From assembly GCA_964016885.1 (NCBI GenBank), contig OZ024749.1, forward strand, positions 26,970,001 through 27,034,000: a stretch of 64,000 nt of DNA, in the 5' to 3' direction. Within the stretch, counting starts at the first letter, position 1; each line of letters begins with the position of its first letter. This DNA is from Eledone cirrhosa (Eukaryota). Shown piece by piece: positions 50,720 to 64,000 of this stretch. The notes beneath the pieces are model-generated. The model worked only from the letters and a program-made list of their open reading frames with translations. It made no database searches and was not told where the DNA came from. A program made the position numbers and the translations under genes.

Positions 50720-51780
50720 AATGTGCCACTCATTGCCCCACCATGTCACAAATGGGCCACTCACTGCTTCACCGTATCACAAATGGGCCACTCACTGCTC
50801 CACCGTGTCACAAATGGGCCACTCACTGCTCCACCGTGTCACAAATGGGCCACTCACTGCTCCACCGTGTCACAAATGTGCCACTCACTGCTCCACTGTG
50901 TCACAAATGGGCCACTCACTGCTCCACTGTGTCACAAATGGGCCACTCACTGCTCCACCGTGTCACAAATGGGCCACTCACTGCTCCACCGTGTCACAAA
51001 TGTGCCACTCACTGCTCCACTGTGTCACAAATGTGCCACTCACTGCTCCACTGTGTCACAAATGTGCCACTCACTGCTCCACTGTGTCACAAATGGGCCA
51101 CTCACTGCCCCACCGTGTCACAAATGGGCCACTCACTGCTCCACTGTGTCACAAATGTGCCACTCATTGCCCCACCGTGTCACAAATGGGCCACTCACTG
51201 CTCCACCATGTCACAAATGGGCCACTCACTGCTCCACCATGTCACAAATGGGCCACTCACTGCTCCACTGTGTCACAAATGGGCCACTCACTGCTCCACT
51301 GTATCACAAATGGGCCACTCACTGCTCCACTGTATCACAAATGGGCCACTCAATGCTCCACCGTGTCACAAATGGGCCACTCAATGCTCCACTGTATCAC
51401 AAATGGGCCACTCAATGCTCCACTGTATCACAAATGGGCCACTCACTGCTCCACCGTGTCACAAATGGGCCACTCAATGCTCCACTGTATCACAAATGGG
51501 CCACTCAATGCTCCACCGTGTCACAAATGGGCCACTCAATGCTCCACTGTATCACAAATGGGCCACTCACTGCTCTACTGTGTCACAAGCGGGGCATTCA
51601 CTGCTCCAATGACCCACAGGTGGGTCACTCACTTCCCCACAGTGAGCAACCCACTGATCCACAAATGAGCCACATGTGATTCACTCACTGCTCTAATGAG
51701 CCACAGGTGGGTCACTCACTGCTCTACTGTGCCACTGGTGAGTCACTCTCTGTTCCAATGACCCACAAATGTGCCACTCC
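50720..51780. repeat. 31-bp GC-balanced minisatellite, about 28 copies with degenerate flanks
   Basis: Unit cactcactgctccaccgtgtcacaaatgggc. Confidence 0.95.
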
Positions 51781-52455
51781 AGTGTATTTCTGACAAGGAA
51801 TAGTTTGGGACCACTCAGTTAATACCACACACAGTATTTTTATATATAAGGATATATATAATCATGTAAAAGGTGTCGAATTAGCCGAGTCATTAGAACG
51901 TCAGATAGAATACTTTATGGTATTCACTCTGACTCTCTGAGCTCAAATCCCGCCGAGGTCAACTTTGCCTTTCATCCTTTCGAGATCTATAAAAAAAAAA
52001 GAACCAGTCCAGTACTGGGGTCGATTTTTCCTCTATATCTCTTTCTCATTTCCTCTCTCTAACTTTCTATCTTTCTCTGGGAGAAATGTGCTGTGGGAGA
52101 AATGTGCTTAAAATGCCCAAGAAATGCTGTATGTCAATATGGTGCCCCCTATGACTATCAGGAGTTATGGGACCATACATACATACATACATACATACAT
52201 AATCATGCAAAACAATGATGGTGGTGTTGATGATGTTGGTGGTGGTGGTGGTGGTGATGATGAGTGATGGTGGTGATGATGAAGTGGTGATGATGGTGGT
52301 GGTGGTGGTGGTAGTGATAATGAAGTGGTGATGATGGTGGTGGTGGTGATGATGGTGGTGGTGGTGATGGTGATAATGGTGATAGTGATGATGGTGGTAA
52401 TGGTAGTGATGATCATGGTGTTGGTCATAATGATGGTGATGATGATGGCACTTAC

Positions 52456-52599
52456 TTTTTATTTTACTGATGAGGTTGGCAGCAGTGGCAAAGATATCTT
52501 CTGACTGGAGGGCAAAGTATTGTTGTAGTACCTGCCGTAGTGTGTACAGTACCTCCCCCAGTTGTTCATGGGCAGCTACTTTGATTTCATCCCCACAAA
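52456..52599 (-). CDS. ARHGAP45: RhoGAP exon B: CGDEIKVAAHEQLGEVLYTLRQVLQQYFALQSEDIFATAANLISKIK
   Basis: tgtag| ... |gtaagt, 144 nt, phase 1->1. Matches the family motif AHECLGEALR...Y..L...AAGTLIAKVK. Confidence 0.92.
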
Positions 52600-53073
52600 C
52601 TACAACAACAACACATATATATATAAATAGACAACAAAAAAATCAACAGCAACAACATGTGAAAGCGTGTGTGTATGTGTATATATATATATATAACGAA
52701 AGAGTTGTGGTAAGGAATCAGATGGACCATAACGCACCAGAGTACTCAATACTTAGGGTAGTAGAGTGGGTAATAGGAAAATGTATGACCCCGACGGCAG
52801 AGCTCAAGCCGTTTCGACGGCTATTTCTAGACTAAATTTCCCCACAGAAATGTGCAGTTTAACAGCCACAGTTTCATCAGTCAGCAAATGTGGATTCTGT
52901 TTACGACACATCTAGCCTCATGGATAGAGAGAAAGCTAATATACACGCTGCCCAGGGTAGGGCGAAATTAAGTGTTATTTGCATCAAATAATGGTTCTCA
53001 TAGATTGGGGAAAATGCTAGAGAGAGCAGCCCAACCATTCGAATTTATTAGCTCAACAATTTGGAGCTCTTTA

Positions 53074-53665
53074 AGTACAAGGATCGGAATTAAGAGTATT
53101 CCGCAGTTCACAGTAATAATAATTGTTTCTACTTTAGGCACAAGGCCAGCAATTATCCCAGTGTATTACTGGTACTTTATTTTATCGACCCCGTAAGGAT
53201 GAAAGGCAAAGTCAACCTCGGCGGGATTTGAACTCAGATCATAAAGGGACGTAACTATGCTGGAAAGCATGGCGTCTGACCCTCTACCGCTACTCCCAAT
53301 CCCACGGTAATAATAATATTAGCTCAAAGAAGAATTTTCTGCTGAGCTCGGATACAAGTATATTACACAAATAGAAGTGTGTTACACAGTGAAATGTGTG
53401 TAAAGGATTATTACAAGTGATTTTTACCGTTACTGGTTTTTTTCTATTTAATTGCTAAACCTGTAGATATTGTTTTCTATACAGTAACGGTAAAACTCAC
53501 TTGTAATAATTCTTTACACACATTTCACTGTGTAACACACTTCTATTTGTGTAATATACTTGTACCCGAGCTCAGAAGAAAATTCTCTATTCTTATTTGA
53601 GCTAATATTATTATTATTATTATTACTGTAAACTGTGGAATACTCTTAATTCCGATCCTTGTACT
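53074..53665. repeat. Inverted repeat (arms about 180 bp, 46-nt loop) with a SINE B inserted in the left arm
   Basis: 53074-53120 plus 53307-53435 pair with 53482-53665. Confidence 0.88.
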
Positions 53666-53758
53666 ATGTATGTATGTATGTATGTATGTATGTATGTATG
53701 TATGTATGTATGCATGCATGTGTATGTATGCATGTATGTATGTATATGTATGTATATG

Positions 53759-53816
<58 letters not shown>

Positions 53817-56371
53817 AAGTTTTAAATGACTAGAAGCCCAAACAATGCTGCTTTCTAGCATTGGTTAATGACAGTTAAACAATGCTAAAAATTTCCTAAA
53901 ATATCTTAAAGCAATTCACTGATGAAAGTCTTTTAACCCTTTAGCATTTACATTACCCTGTATTTAGATTTGTATTTTCACAGTAAAGGCTTTATCTCAC
54001 ATAATTATCTGAGATAATATTGAATCTATGAGATTTTGATATTTATTTTGAGAAAAATACCGTAACATCAGTATAAGTGGCCGGTTACAGCTGGTTTAAA
54101 CAGAAAAAAAGTGAGAGAATTCTGGCTAGATATGACCAATATAAATGCTAAATGGTGAAGATAGAAAATTTTGAATCAAGCCCTACATATTAATTCTTCT
54201 TGTGCATTGTTTGAGCTTCTATTCATTGATCATGTTTATTATATTTTCACATTGCTTCTAAAAACTACTTTAAAACTCAATTCATATATAATTTGTGCTA
54301 AATCTCTTATGGTCGAGTAAAAAAAAATTAGGCTGAAATAAATAGACTGCGACTCCTAGCAAATCTGTTACTCGCCAATAGTCTACCCTTTACAACCCTT
54401 CTGGATGACCATAAAAACACAGGAAAATTTTCTGTTTGGAAAATTTCACTAGTAACAATCAGTTCAAGCAATTTGTCCTGACACTGGGGGAGTCTCTTGA
54501 CAAGCCAAGACCTCACAGCTTGAGTTCACTTTAATTGCTGCAACTGCAGCAGTCGGGACTTTGAAGAGAAATTAGGTATATTTTTTACTATTTGCTCTTC
54601 ACACTTATATACTGTATATATATATATAAATATATCAATGATATTAATAAATGGAAACTATATTTATAAAAACCTTATTTATTCTATTATATATATTTCA
54701 AGGGTACCAAAACTTTGGTACGCTCTCATCAGATAAAATACAAAGTTTGTTTTATAAATATTAACATATCCCGGAATGAGACCTTAACGGTTCAAGTTTT
54801 ACCTGGATAGTAAAAGGAAAAAGGGGAAGAGAGGAAAAAACAAACAAATATTTCAAATTATTTAGATGAATATGCAAATGAGGTTGAGGCGTAGGGCTGA
54901 AAAAAAACGTTATTTTATGACGCTAGGTAGATTTAAATAATTATTAGGATATCTGTTAGAACACGAAAAGTGTGAAACAACAGAATGTTCACTTTTCGTG
55001 TTCTAACATATATGCGTAGCTTCTTAATTAAAAAATTTTTCGGGGATAGCCGTGGTGGTGGTGATCGTATGTCATTGGCTAATTTTCAACCAATCAGAGT
55101 ACCTCTCTCTCTATATCTCTTCCACTGTTACTTACGCCTGTTTCTCTCTATCTGTTCCGTCTCTATATATATCTCTTACTCTTTCGCTTTGCACTCCTCC
55201 CCTTCAATACCATCTCTCCCCCTCTCTATATATTTGTTACTCTATCGCTGCACGCTCCTCTCCTTCAATATATCAATTACACATGCTTTACACTCCTTTA
55301 TCCCCAGCGCCCCTATATATACACCCCCCCTCTCCCGCATCTATATTTTAATGTACCGTTGCACCGTGAATATATGTGTCTATATATATATACATATATA
55401 TTGTATATACACATTCATGTATGTGTATACACACTCATGTATGTATATACACTGGTTTTATGTGTGTATTGTAAATTTGTACTGTTAAAACACGAAACTA
55501 ACATTCGATTGACACTTTGATTACCTGTACAGGCAATAGTTATTAGAATGCTGTTGAAGTGTGTATATATTTTTGGGGGACATCCTGTATATACACACAT
55601 TATATATAATACAATAAACAGATAAATACACACATATATATATGAGCTTATTTAATTATAAATATTGTGAATTTTTAACTCAGTTCAATTATATATATAA
55701 ATGGTTTCTACAGGACTAGAACTGTTTCATTCGAAAGAAATCATCATAATATTGAGAGGGGGGACTAGATAAAATATTTCAAATCAAATGTGTATAAGTT
55801 ATAAGTTAAAATGTATAAATAGAGACGATAGTGGAGGTATATCTGTTTAGTGGAACAGTAGACGATAGAATTAAATACAGACGATAATCTCCCTTTAATG
55901 AAACAGCAGACGATAGAATTAAGGCAATTTAAATTTTAAGCATTTGCATTTTTGCCTTTCATCGTTACGGGGTCGATAAAATAAAGTACCAGTAATACAC
56001 TGTCACTAGACGACTTTCAAATTGAATTGTTGGTTCCATTTCTTTAGTATTTTCAATTGTAGTTATCTACTTAAAAAGCGTTACACGGTTAGAGACATAA
56101 TTCGTAAGTTATATCTTCCCTATTAAACCATTGCATTATTTCGCCTACAATAGAACAAAAATGAAATGTTCTTTAAAGAAACAGGAATATAACTTTATAA
56201 AAAAAAAAGTTGCATCCGCTTCTTTTATCATTGATAATTTTTTCGTTTTAATATTAATTGTTTTTTGTAGTTGTTTATATTAAAAATCTTACTGTAATAT
56301 TTACTTAAACGAAGGCAAACATCTAAACTTATAGATTAATCTTGAGCGAAGGACTAGATAAATCTCTCTCC

Positions 56372-56404
<33 letters not shown>

Positions 56405-57720
56405 AACGAAGAATGATAAAATTTCAAGCAAAGAGTTTAATTAGGTATATTTTGTAATATTAACTAATTATTATAATTAACGCGCATATTTTGCTATCCT
56501 CAAACACGTTTACACATGGCATGAAATATAACTAATCCGAGATGGCTAGGTTTCATCTTCTAACTGGATATACGAAATCCATTATGTCTTGACAACAACA
56601 TGAGGTAACATTATGTTATTCACAGACGGTGGATTGGCAGTATTATCGGTAGAGGGTCGGACGCCATGCTTTCCAGCATAGTTACGTCCCTTTTCGATCT
56701 GAGTTCAAATCCCGCTGAGGTTGACTTTGCCTTTCATCCTTGCGGGGTCGATAAAATAAAGTACCAGTAATGTACTGGGTAATTGCTGGCCTTGTGCCAA
56801 AGGTAGAAACAATTATGTTATTCACAGACACACTTTGTACACTGTTCCATATCAGAATGTATTTCCTTCGTCACATTCACAAACAGTATTGAAAATATGT
56901 TCTTCGGCAAATAAAAATGTTTTGTTCATAATATTTCAACTAGCGATTGCTCTACTCCACGCACGACCACCATAAATTAATGACCAGCTCAACACAAGTA
57001 TTGGTAAAGCGTCAGACACCATGCTTTGCAGTATTGTTATGGTCCTTTGCATTCTAAGTTCAAATCCTGCCGAGGTTAACTTCGACTTTCATACTTACTA
57101 ATTCGATAAAATAAAGTACCAGTAATGGACTGCCGTAATGGATTTGTGCCGAAAAATAGAAACACTATTAATGTGCAATAAGAGCAAAATATAACGACAT
57201 TGCTCAATTATTTTATCTAATGTTGTAATAACACAAGGAAATGTTGTTTGTGTATTTTTTTTTATATTTGCTCATAGGCTTTTACAATTTCGCTCAGCCA
57301 ACAACTATTAAAAAGTGAGTTGCTTAAGATAACAATTTAATCACAAATTGTTGCTATCTTTTAATACACTCCAACAAGTCATCAAATTATGTACAATAAA
57401 AACAAATCTTATTAATTTGCTCATGGAATATAAAGAAAATGTATATACACTGATAATTGCAATTGTATGTAAATATTTTGTTTTTGTATTGTATATTTTA
57501 TGTTTTCTATTATGTATAATATATTGATTTAATATTGATTGTTTTTTGTAGTTGTTTATATTAAAAGTCTGAAAATATTTTTATACATCTTACACTAATA
57601 TTTATAAGATAATTTATAATAACAATTACATAATCTAATTACATTACAACGATAATTTATTATTAATATATATCCTGTTTAACTAGAGTTATTACAAGCG
57701 TTGCCTTAAAAAAATATTAA

Positions 57721-58677
57721 ACTAGACATGAAAAATGCGCAAGCTCAAAAGTGCCACAGAATGTTATAATAAACCTTCAAAAGTGTGGGACTAGAGTTGT
57801 TGCTAAAAAATATTGTAATCATTATATATCGTACATTCTGTGGCATCCTTTATAAAAATAGCTTAAACCAACGAAGCCTTTATTTTTACGCTATTTCACT
57901 TAGTTAATTCTTAGAGTGTAACATATAAAAATAAATACATCTATGTTTAATGTAATAACAGCTATAAATAATTACGTAATATTATTATCATATACTCATA
58001 GTAACAAAATAATTGTGTTGAAACTTAATATGATGCTTATATGAACGATCAAATCTATAATGATAATTTCTTAAATATACTAATAGTAAAATAATTTAGT
58101 TATCTATTGTTACATTTTCATAGAACTATAATATTAACAATCGTATTGCATTATCAAATTTTTATCACTACAAACTTTCATATTGGAATTACCTTAAGCC
58201 ACTTATTATTACTTCGCTTTCGTACTTTTACAGCTGTAGATATTGCGCTGTATCTTATATCTAATATCAATATCTCGTGGTAATTTGCATGAAGTGTAAA
58301 ATAGGTTTATTAATAACTTTAATATGAAATGTATTATACAGGGCTGCGGAGTCGGCCAAAAATTGACTGGCTCCAACTCAGGATCCGATACTCCATTATT
58401 TCCTAAATTTCAGCTCCGCAGCTCTGTTATTATATTAATTAATTTATTTTATAGTTGTAAATGATATTTTTATATGTTACACTCTAAGAATTAACTAAGT
58501 GAAATAGCGTAAAAATAAAGGCTTCGTTGGTTTAAGCTATTTTTATAAAGGATGCCACAGAATGTACGATATATAATGATTACAATATTTTTTAGCAACA
58601 ACTCTAGTCCCACACTTTTGAAGGTTTATTATAACATTCTGTGGCACTTTTGAGCTTGCGCATTTTTCATGTCTAGT
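57721..58677. repeat. Apparently perfect 213-bp inverted repeat (57721-57933 and 58465-58677)
   Basis: The arms are reverse complements by eye. The spacer contains a small hAT-like MITE at 58339-58426. Confidence 0.92.
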
Positions 58678-59513
58678 ATATGTATGTATAGGAGAAGAAA
58701 GAGAAAGAAAGAAAAGCTTGTATTTATAAATATATATGTTTGTTGAATTACCAACAAATTAAATATCCCTTTGCTTATATATATATATAACCCAATTTTA
58801 TGTGGGGAGTTATATATGGTATTATATAATTGCCAAACAGTTTAGAGATAGCTCAATCTGTTTATATATTAGTTTGAAGAAAAAGGAGAATTTTTTAGGG
58901 AGAAAAAAGGTTGGAAGAACAGATATCAATATAGAGCAAAAGATATATTTGATTATATATATAAACATTGTTTCTTTGGTCCAATTTGATGAGTTCCACC
59001 TCATTTGGTTATGGCACGAGGTCTGGGATCTTATCAATTGTTGAAAAAAAAAAACTTTGTAACCATTTAACTTTACTCTAAGTTAATGCTTGATTGTGTG
59101 AGATGGAATGGTTTTATCATCACGAACAAATCAGTTCACTAACAATTTTTCTAAACATAAAACATCTCGGTTCATGAATGGTGTCTCGAGTAACGAACAC
59201 GCAAGCTGGCAACAACAGTTGGCAAAAAGCTTGGAGTATCAGAAGGAAAGCATCACTTGCTGTGTAGTTAGTTACTGTGGTGATATCTATCTGTCTTTCA
59301 CACAGAGTCTATTCTATCCCTCTTTGACTGTATTTCTCTCTCAACATTCCGTTTGGGAAAAATATTTTCGGTCACCAACTTTTCATGTGATGAACGACCT
59401 TCAGGAACAAATTAAGTTTGTGAACCAAGGTTCCACTAAAGTAGTAAGTTATCTTTCTTACTCTTCGAAAAGTTAAATAATTTTGAGACTGTTGTGGAAA
59501 ACATTTGACTTAC

Positions 59514-59880
59514 TTGTACCATCAGTGAAGACACTCTTCAGCTTGGCGAGGGCATCAGAGAAATTCTTCACCTCCTGCGTCAAATGGATTATGTCATCTG
59601 GGTCAACAAACGCAACTGGTGCCTCATCACAGTTGACATTCATCGTCGTTCTCTCTGGTGGTTGCCGTAGATGAAATGTCCTGCAACGGTATTGGTTGTC
59701 GGGGTTTGTCTTTCTAATGCTACTTCCTCTATGGTAGAAATTAGCAATTCCAATGACCTGGTCACACCCCACTGGTTGTCCAGTGACCTGGTTATGTCTC
59801 ACTGGTCTGAGAAGTGACCCGGCCACACCCCACTGGTCTACACTGAGGTATCCAATGACCTGGTCATACAGGTACACATT
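59514..59880 (-). CDS. ARHGAP45: RhoGAP (ARHGAP45/29/GMIP family) exon A: ...MNVNCDEAPVAFVDPDDIIHLTQEVKNFSDALAKLKSVFTDGT
   Basis: Acceptor tgtttcag| and donor |gtaagt, phase 0->1. DIIHLTQEVKNFSDALAKLK resembles the HMHA1 N-terminal helix DISHLLADVARFAEGLEKLK. The 5' part may be non-coding if the internal ATG is the start. Confidence 0.85.
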
Positions 59881-60009
59881 CTGAAACAGACAGAAAATAA
59901 AATAATAGTAGTGGTGGTGGTGGTCATGGTGGTAGGAGAGGGAGGGGGGCAAGCGTAGGAGACAAGAGGGAAGGGGAGGATGAAGAGGATAGATGGAAAG
60001 AGGAAAAGT

Positions 60010-61125
60010 GAACAGGTGGACTATATGTGGGTAACAGGTGGACAGCCAGACTACATGTGGGTGACAGGTGGACAGCCAGACTACATGTGGGTGACAGGTG
60101 GACAGCCAGACTACATGTGGGTGACAGGTGGACAGGAGGACTACATGAGGTGGACAGGAGGACTACATGAGGTGGACAGGAGGACTATATGTGGGTGACA
60201 GGTGGACTATATGTGGGTGACAGGAGGTGAGGACAGTGTGTGACAAGTCAACAGGTGACAAGCGGACAGGAGGTGACAAGCGGACAGGAGGTGACAAGCG
60301 GACAGGAGGTGACAAGCGGACAGGAGGTGACAAGCGGACAGGAGGTGACAAGCGGACAGGAGGTGACAAGCGGACAGGAGGTGACAAGCAGGCAGGCGGT
60401 GGCAAGCAGGCAGGAGGTGACAAGTGGGCAGGAGGTGACAAGTGGGCAGGCGGTGACAAATGGACAGTAGGACTATATGTAGGGGTGACAGGGAGACAAT
60501 ATCTACACAGGACAGCGTCAGTTGGACAAATTCAACAAACAAGACTATCACAGTTGTCTTTTTTTATATTTAGTCCTTCCCTCCCTCAGTCAGTGCCTAC
60601 ACAATCCTTCTTCCCCTGACTGACAACCCTCAGGAATCCCGCTGGCGCCAAAGTTTTTACCTGTTGATATCAACTTACAAATGTTCCGATATAAGCTACA
60701 CACCAACCACATCAATCCCACGGGGGTCTGAATGTCCTAAGGGGCTGCCAAGGACTCCAATGGGGCTGCCAAGGACATGGACTCCAAAGGAGTTGCCAAG
60801 GACTCCAAAGGAGCTGCCAAGGACTCCAGAGGGGCTGCCAAGGACATGGACTCATAAGGGGCTGCCAAGGACATGGACTCATAAGGGGCTGCCAAGGACA
60901 TGGACTCATAAGGGGCTGCCAAGGACATGGACTCATAAGGGGCTGCCAAGGACATGGACTCATAAGGGGCTGCCAAGGACATGGACTCATAAGGGGGTGC
61001 CAAGGACATGGCCTCATAAGGGGGTGCCAAGGACATGGACTCATAAGGGGCTGCCAAAGACAAGGGCTCATAAGGGGCTGCCAAAGACAAGGACTCCAAA
61101 AGAGCTGCCAGGTACAAGGGCACTG
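60010..61125. repeat. 30-bp and 18-bp (ggacaggaggtgacaagc) minisatellites at 60010-60460, and a 27-bp (ggggctgccaaggacatggactcataa) minisatellite at 60740-61125
   Basis: Seen directly. Confidence 0.92.
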
Positions 61126-62104
61126 CCTCATATTTATTCAACATTACATAAAACAACATAAGAGAGATGTCATGTGGTGTGGTCAAACTGCTAGAAATAG
61201 CAGCCAAATCTCTATCAAATCACACACAGTAGTCTTGTATAAGAAAAGATACACCAGTGTGTGTAAGTGTGTGTGTGTGTAAGTGTATGTGTAGTGGGTA
61301 CGTGTGTGTGTGTGCATGTGTAGTGGGGTATGTGTATGCATGTATGGTGGGGATATATGTGTGTGGTGGGGTGTATGTGTGTATAGTTGGATGTGTATGC
61401 ATGTGTGCATACGGTGGGGTTTATGTGTATGCATGTGTGTGTGTGTGTGTGTGGTGGTGGGATATATATATGTGCATGTGTATACGCAAAAGATGGGATG
61501 GTCATGTAAACAAATACAGTAACAAAAAACCCACAAAAATACACAATACAAGCATAGCCCCCACTATCTGTATCTGTATATATACATATATCTGTATATA
61601 TATGTATATATATATTCACATACATGCACAAAATATTTCAAGAATCTACAAAAACACTGAAAATTCAAGGTCTCTTGGTCTTTTATTCCTGTAACCAAAG
61701 ACAACAATTCCATACAATATATATATGGAGGCACATGGCTTAGTGGTTAGAGCCTTGGCCTTGCAATCGAAAGGTTGTGAGTTCAATTCTCAGACTGGGT
61801 GATGTTTTATTTCCTTGAGCAAGACACTTTATTTCACATTGCTCCAGTTTACTCAGCTGTAGAAATGAGATGATAGGGACTGGGGTCCCTATCATTCCAC
61901 TGCAAAGTGGTCGTGGAGGTGCCATGGCAAAAACGCATCCAGCACTCACTGTAAATGAGGTTGGTGTTAGGAAGGGCATCCAGCTGTAGAAATAAAGCCA
62001 GAATCAGTTCCCGTCCCACCCTTGCAAAGCAGGGAAAAGCAGATGTAAAATGATGATGATGATGATGATGATGATATATATATAAATATATATATATATG
62101 TATA

Positions 62105-62737
62105 TAGAGGGATCAGATGTTGTTTACTCGAGAGAAGGCTACGTTGGTATGGACACGTGATGCGCATGAAAGTCGATAGCTGTATAACAAAGTGCAGGGC
62201 AATAAAGATAGACGGTAGTCACGGAATAGGCAGACCTAGAAAAACCTGGGACGAGCTGATAAACTCCGACATCACACACTTACACCTCTCCAAGACAATG
62301 TCACTGGACCGAGACCTTTGGCGGTACTCAGTAACAGAGAAAACCCGCCTTACCTAAATATATAGTAAAACCTACTCCAGCCAGTAGGCATCTCTAACAA
62401 AATACACCCCGTCCCACCACCACCACCCCATCCACACCACCCCGTTCTATGTAAAGTTATGTTGGTGCCGCGCCATCGAGGCCGAAACAAATGAGATCGT
62501 GTAGGTGTTACGACAAAAAAACACACAGTCCACGCTGTAATGTGGCCGTGTAGGCAACACGGTAAAAACCTCCCAGACCCACACTGTAAATGTGGTTGGT
62601 GTTAGGAAGGGCATCCAACTGTAGAAAACCTGCCAGACAGTCCTATGCGAGCAAGACAATCACTCTTGCCTCAAGTGGGACTACCCCCGTCCAAACCCAT
62701 GCAAGCGTGGAACACGGACGTTAAACGTTGATGATGA
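62105..62737 (+). mobile_element. 5'-truncated RTE LINE family 3
   Basis: Translation RRLRWYGHVMRMKVDSC, followed by the 3' UTR and (GAT)n. Confidence 0.88.
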
Positions 62738-63424
62738 TATATATATGTATTGTGTGTGTATATATATATATAGTCCCACCCTTGCAAGCAGGGAAAAGCA
62801 GACGTAAAATGATGATGATGATGATATATATATAGATAGATATATAAATGTTGTATAGGTTGGTGTTAGGAAGGGCATCCAGCCATAGAAAACCACCCAG
62901 AAAGTCCTATATGAGTGAGATATGGTCACCTGATCCAACCTGCTTCAAATGAGACAAACCTGTCTAACCAATGTGAGCATGAATTTTAGTCTTCACATTT
63001 ATAGTATCGGTAGAGGGTCGGATGCCATGCTTTGCAGCAAAGAGTTACGGCCCTTTATGGTCTGAGTTCAAATCCCACCGAGGTTAACTTTGCCTTTCAT
63101 CCTTACGGGGTCGATAAAATAAAGTACCAGTAATGTACTGGGATAATTGCTGGCATTGTGCCAAAAGTAGAAATAATTACTACATATATGTATATTTAGA
63201 TATATATATATTGTATGCATGTGTGTGAGTATACATAATTAAAGTACATTAGAAGTAATAAGACTACCATTTGGGTTAAAAAAATAAATGCTTTATTATA
63301 TTTTATCTTTTGACCCAAGTGGTAAACAGTGTTTTATTTCTTCTGACATTTAGACATTTATAATAAATACACACACATATATATATATATAGTAATATTA
63401 AATACCAAAATCCAAAGGGGGCTC

Positions 63425-63517
<93 letters not shown>

Positions 63518-64000
63518 TCATCTGAAACTGAGAAAAATCAATCTGTAGATGCATTAGTAAATTTTTCAAAAAGGTTACAACCAAATATTGCCTTTAGAAA
63601 ACAGGAAGGCATAACAGTAATGTGTGAAGGCATTCTCTTGAGATGGACGAAATGTATGCAAGGATAATTACGTCATTAAGTTGAGCAAGAACAAATTCTT
63701 GCTATGGAAAAATCATATTCTTGCTATTGTTCTTAGCTACTACATTATCACATCTATCAATATATACACACATATACATCCACACATATACATACACAAA
63801 CACGCACACAGAGAGAGGGGGGGGGCAGATGTGTGCATATGTGTCAGTATGATAGAACAGACGTTAAATGATGAAGTATACATGCGATACATACACACGC
63901 ACACACACGTGTATAAGCTTCACCTTTTTTCCTATAAATATATATGAAAAACCACATTGTAACTTATCTAAAAGACCCATAAAGCCTCAATTCAATTTAT

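Noticed and set aside
50701-51679. Cys/His-rich 300-aa ORFs
   Set aside because: A 31-bp tandem repeat that is open in all three frames.
54328-54570. Possible extra exon or nested gene
   Set aside because: No recognisable motif, stops in the candidate frames, and it is not needed for host exon phase continuity.
60163-61207. Repetitive ORFs upstream of exon A as host exons
   Set aside because: Minisatellites open in multiple frames, with no convincing splice-site pair.

Overview
Repeat-dense animal genomic DNA, not prokaryotic. The SINE/RTE repertoire and (TA)n/(CA)n abundance suggest an octopod cephalopod, which is an inference. Most of the window (180-59880) lies within one minus-strand host gene of the ARHGAP45(HMHA1)/ARHGAP29/GMIP F-BAR RhoGAP family. 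I reconstructed ten coding exons with canonical AG/GT sites and matching phases; the gene continues past position 1. The introns hold a young, nearly complete Penelope-like retroelement (RT + GIY-YIG, 286-bp pseudo-LTRs, one stop and one frameshift) abutting a Helitron Rep remnant. They also hold several other PLE pLTR remnants with minimal hammerhead motifs, three RTE LINE families, CR1/Tx1/CRE fragments, two tRNA-derived SINE families, piggyBac and hAT MITEs with intact TSDs, and many satellites. The most interesting signals are: about 10 full or partial hammerhead motifs, with fold-back breakpoints falling at hammerhead stem II; a tandem H-type pseudoknot module shared by RTE 3' UTRs and SINEs; recurrent inverted duplications anchored on TA microsatellites; and candidate alternative or recursive splice sites of the host gene. 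Most ORFs in the supplied track are microsatellite artefacts.
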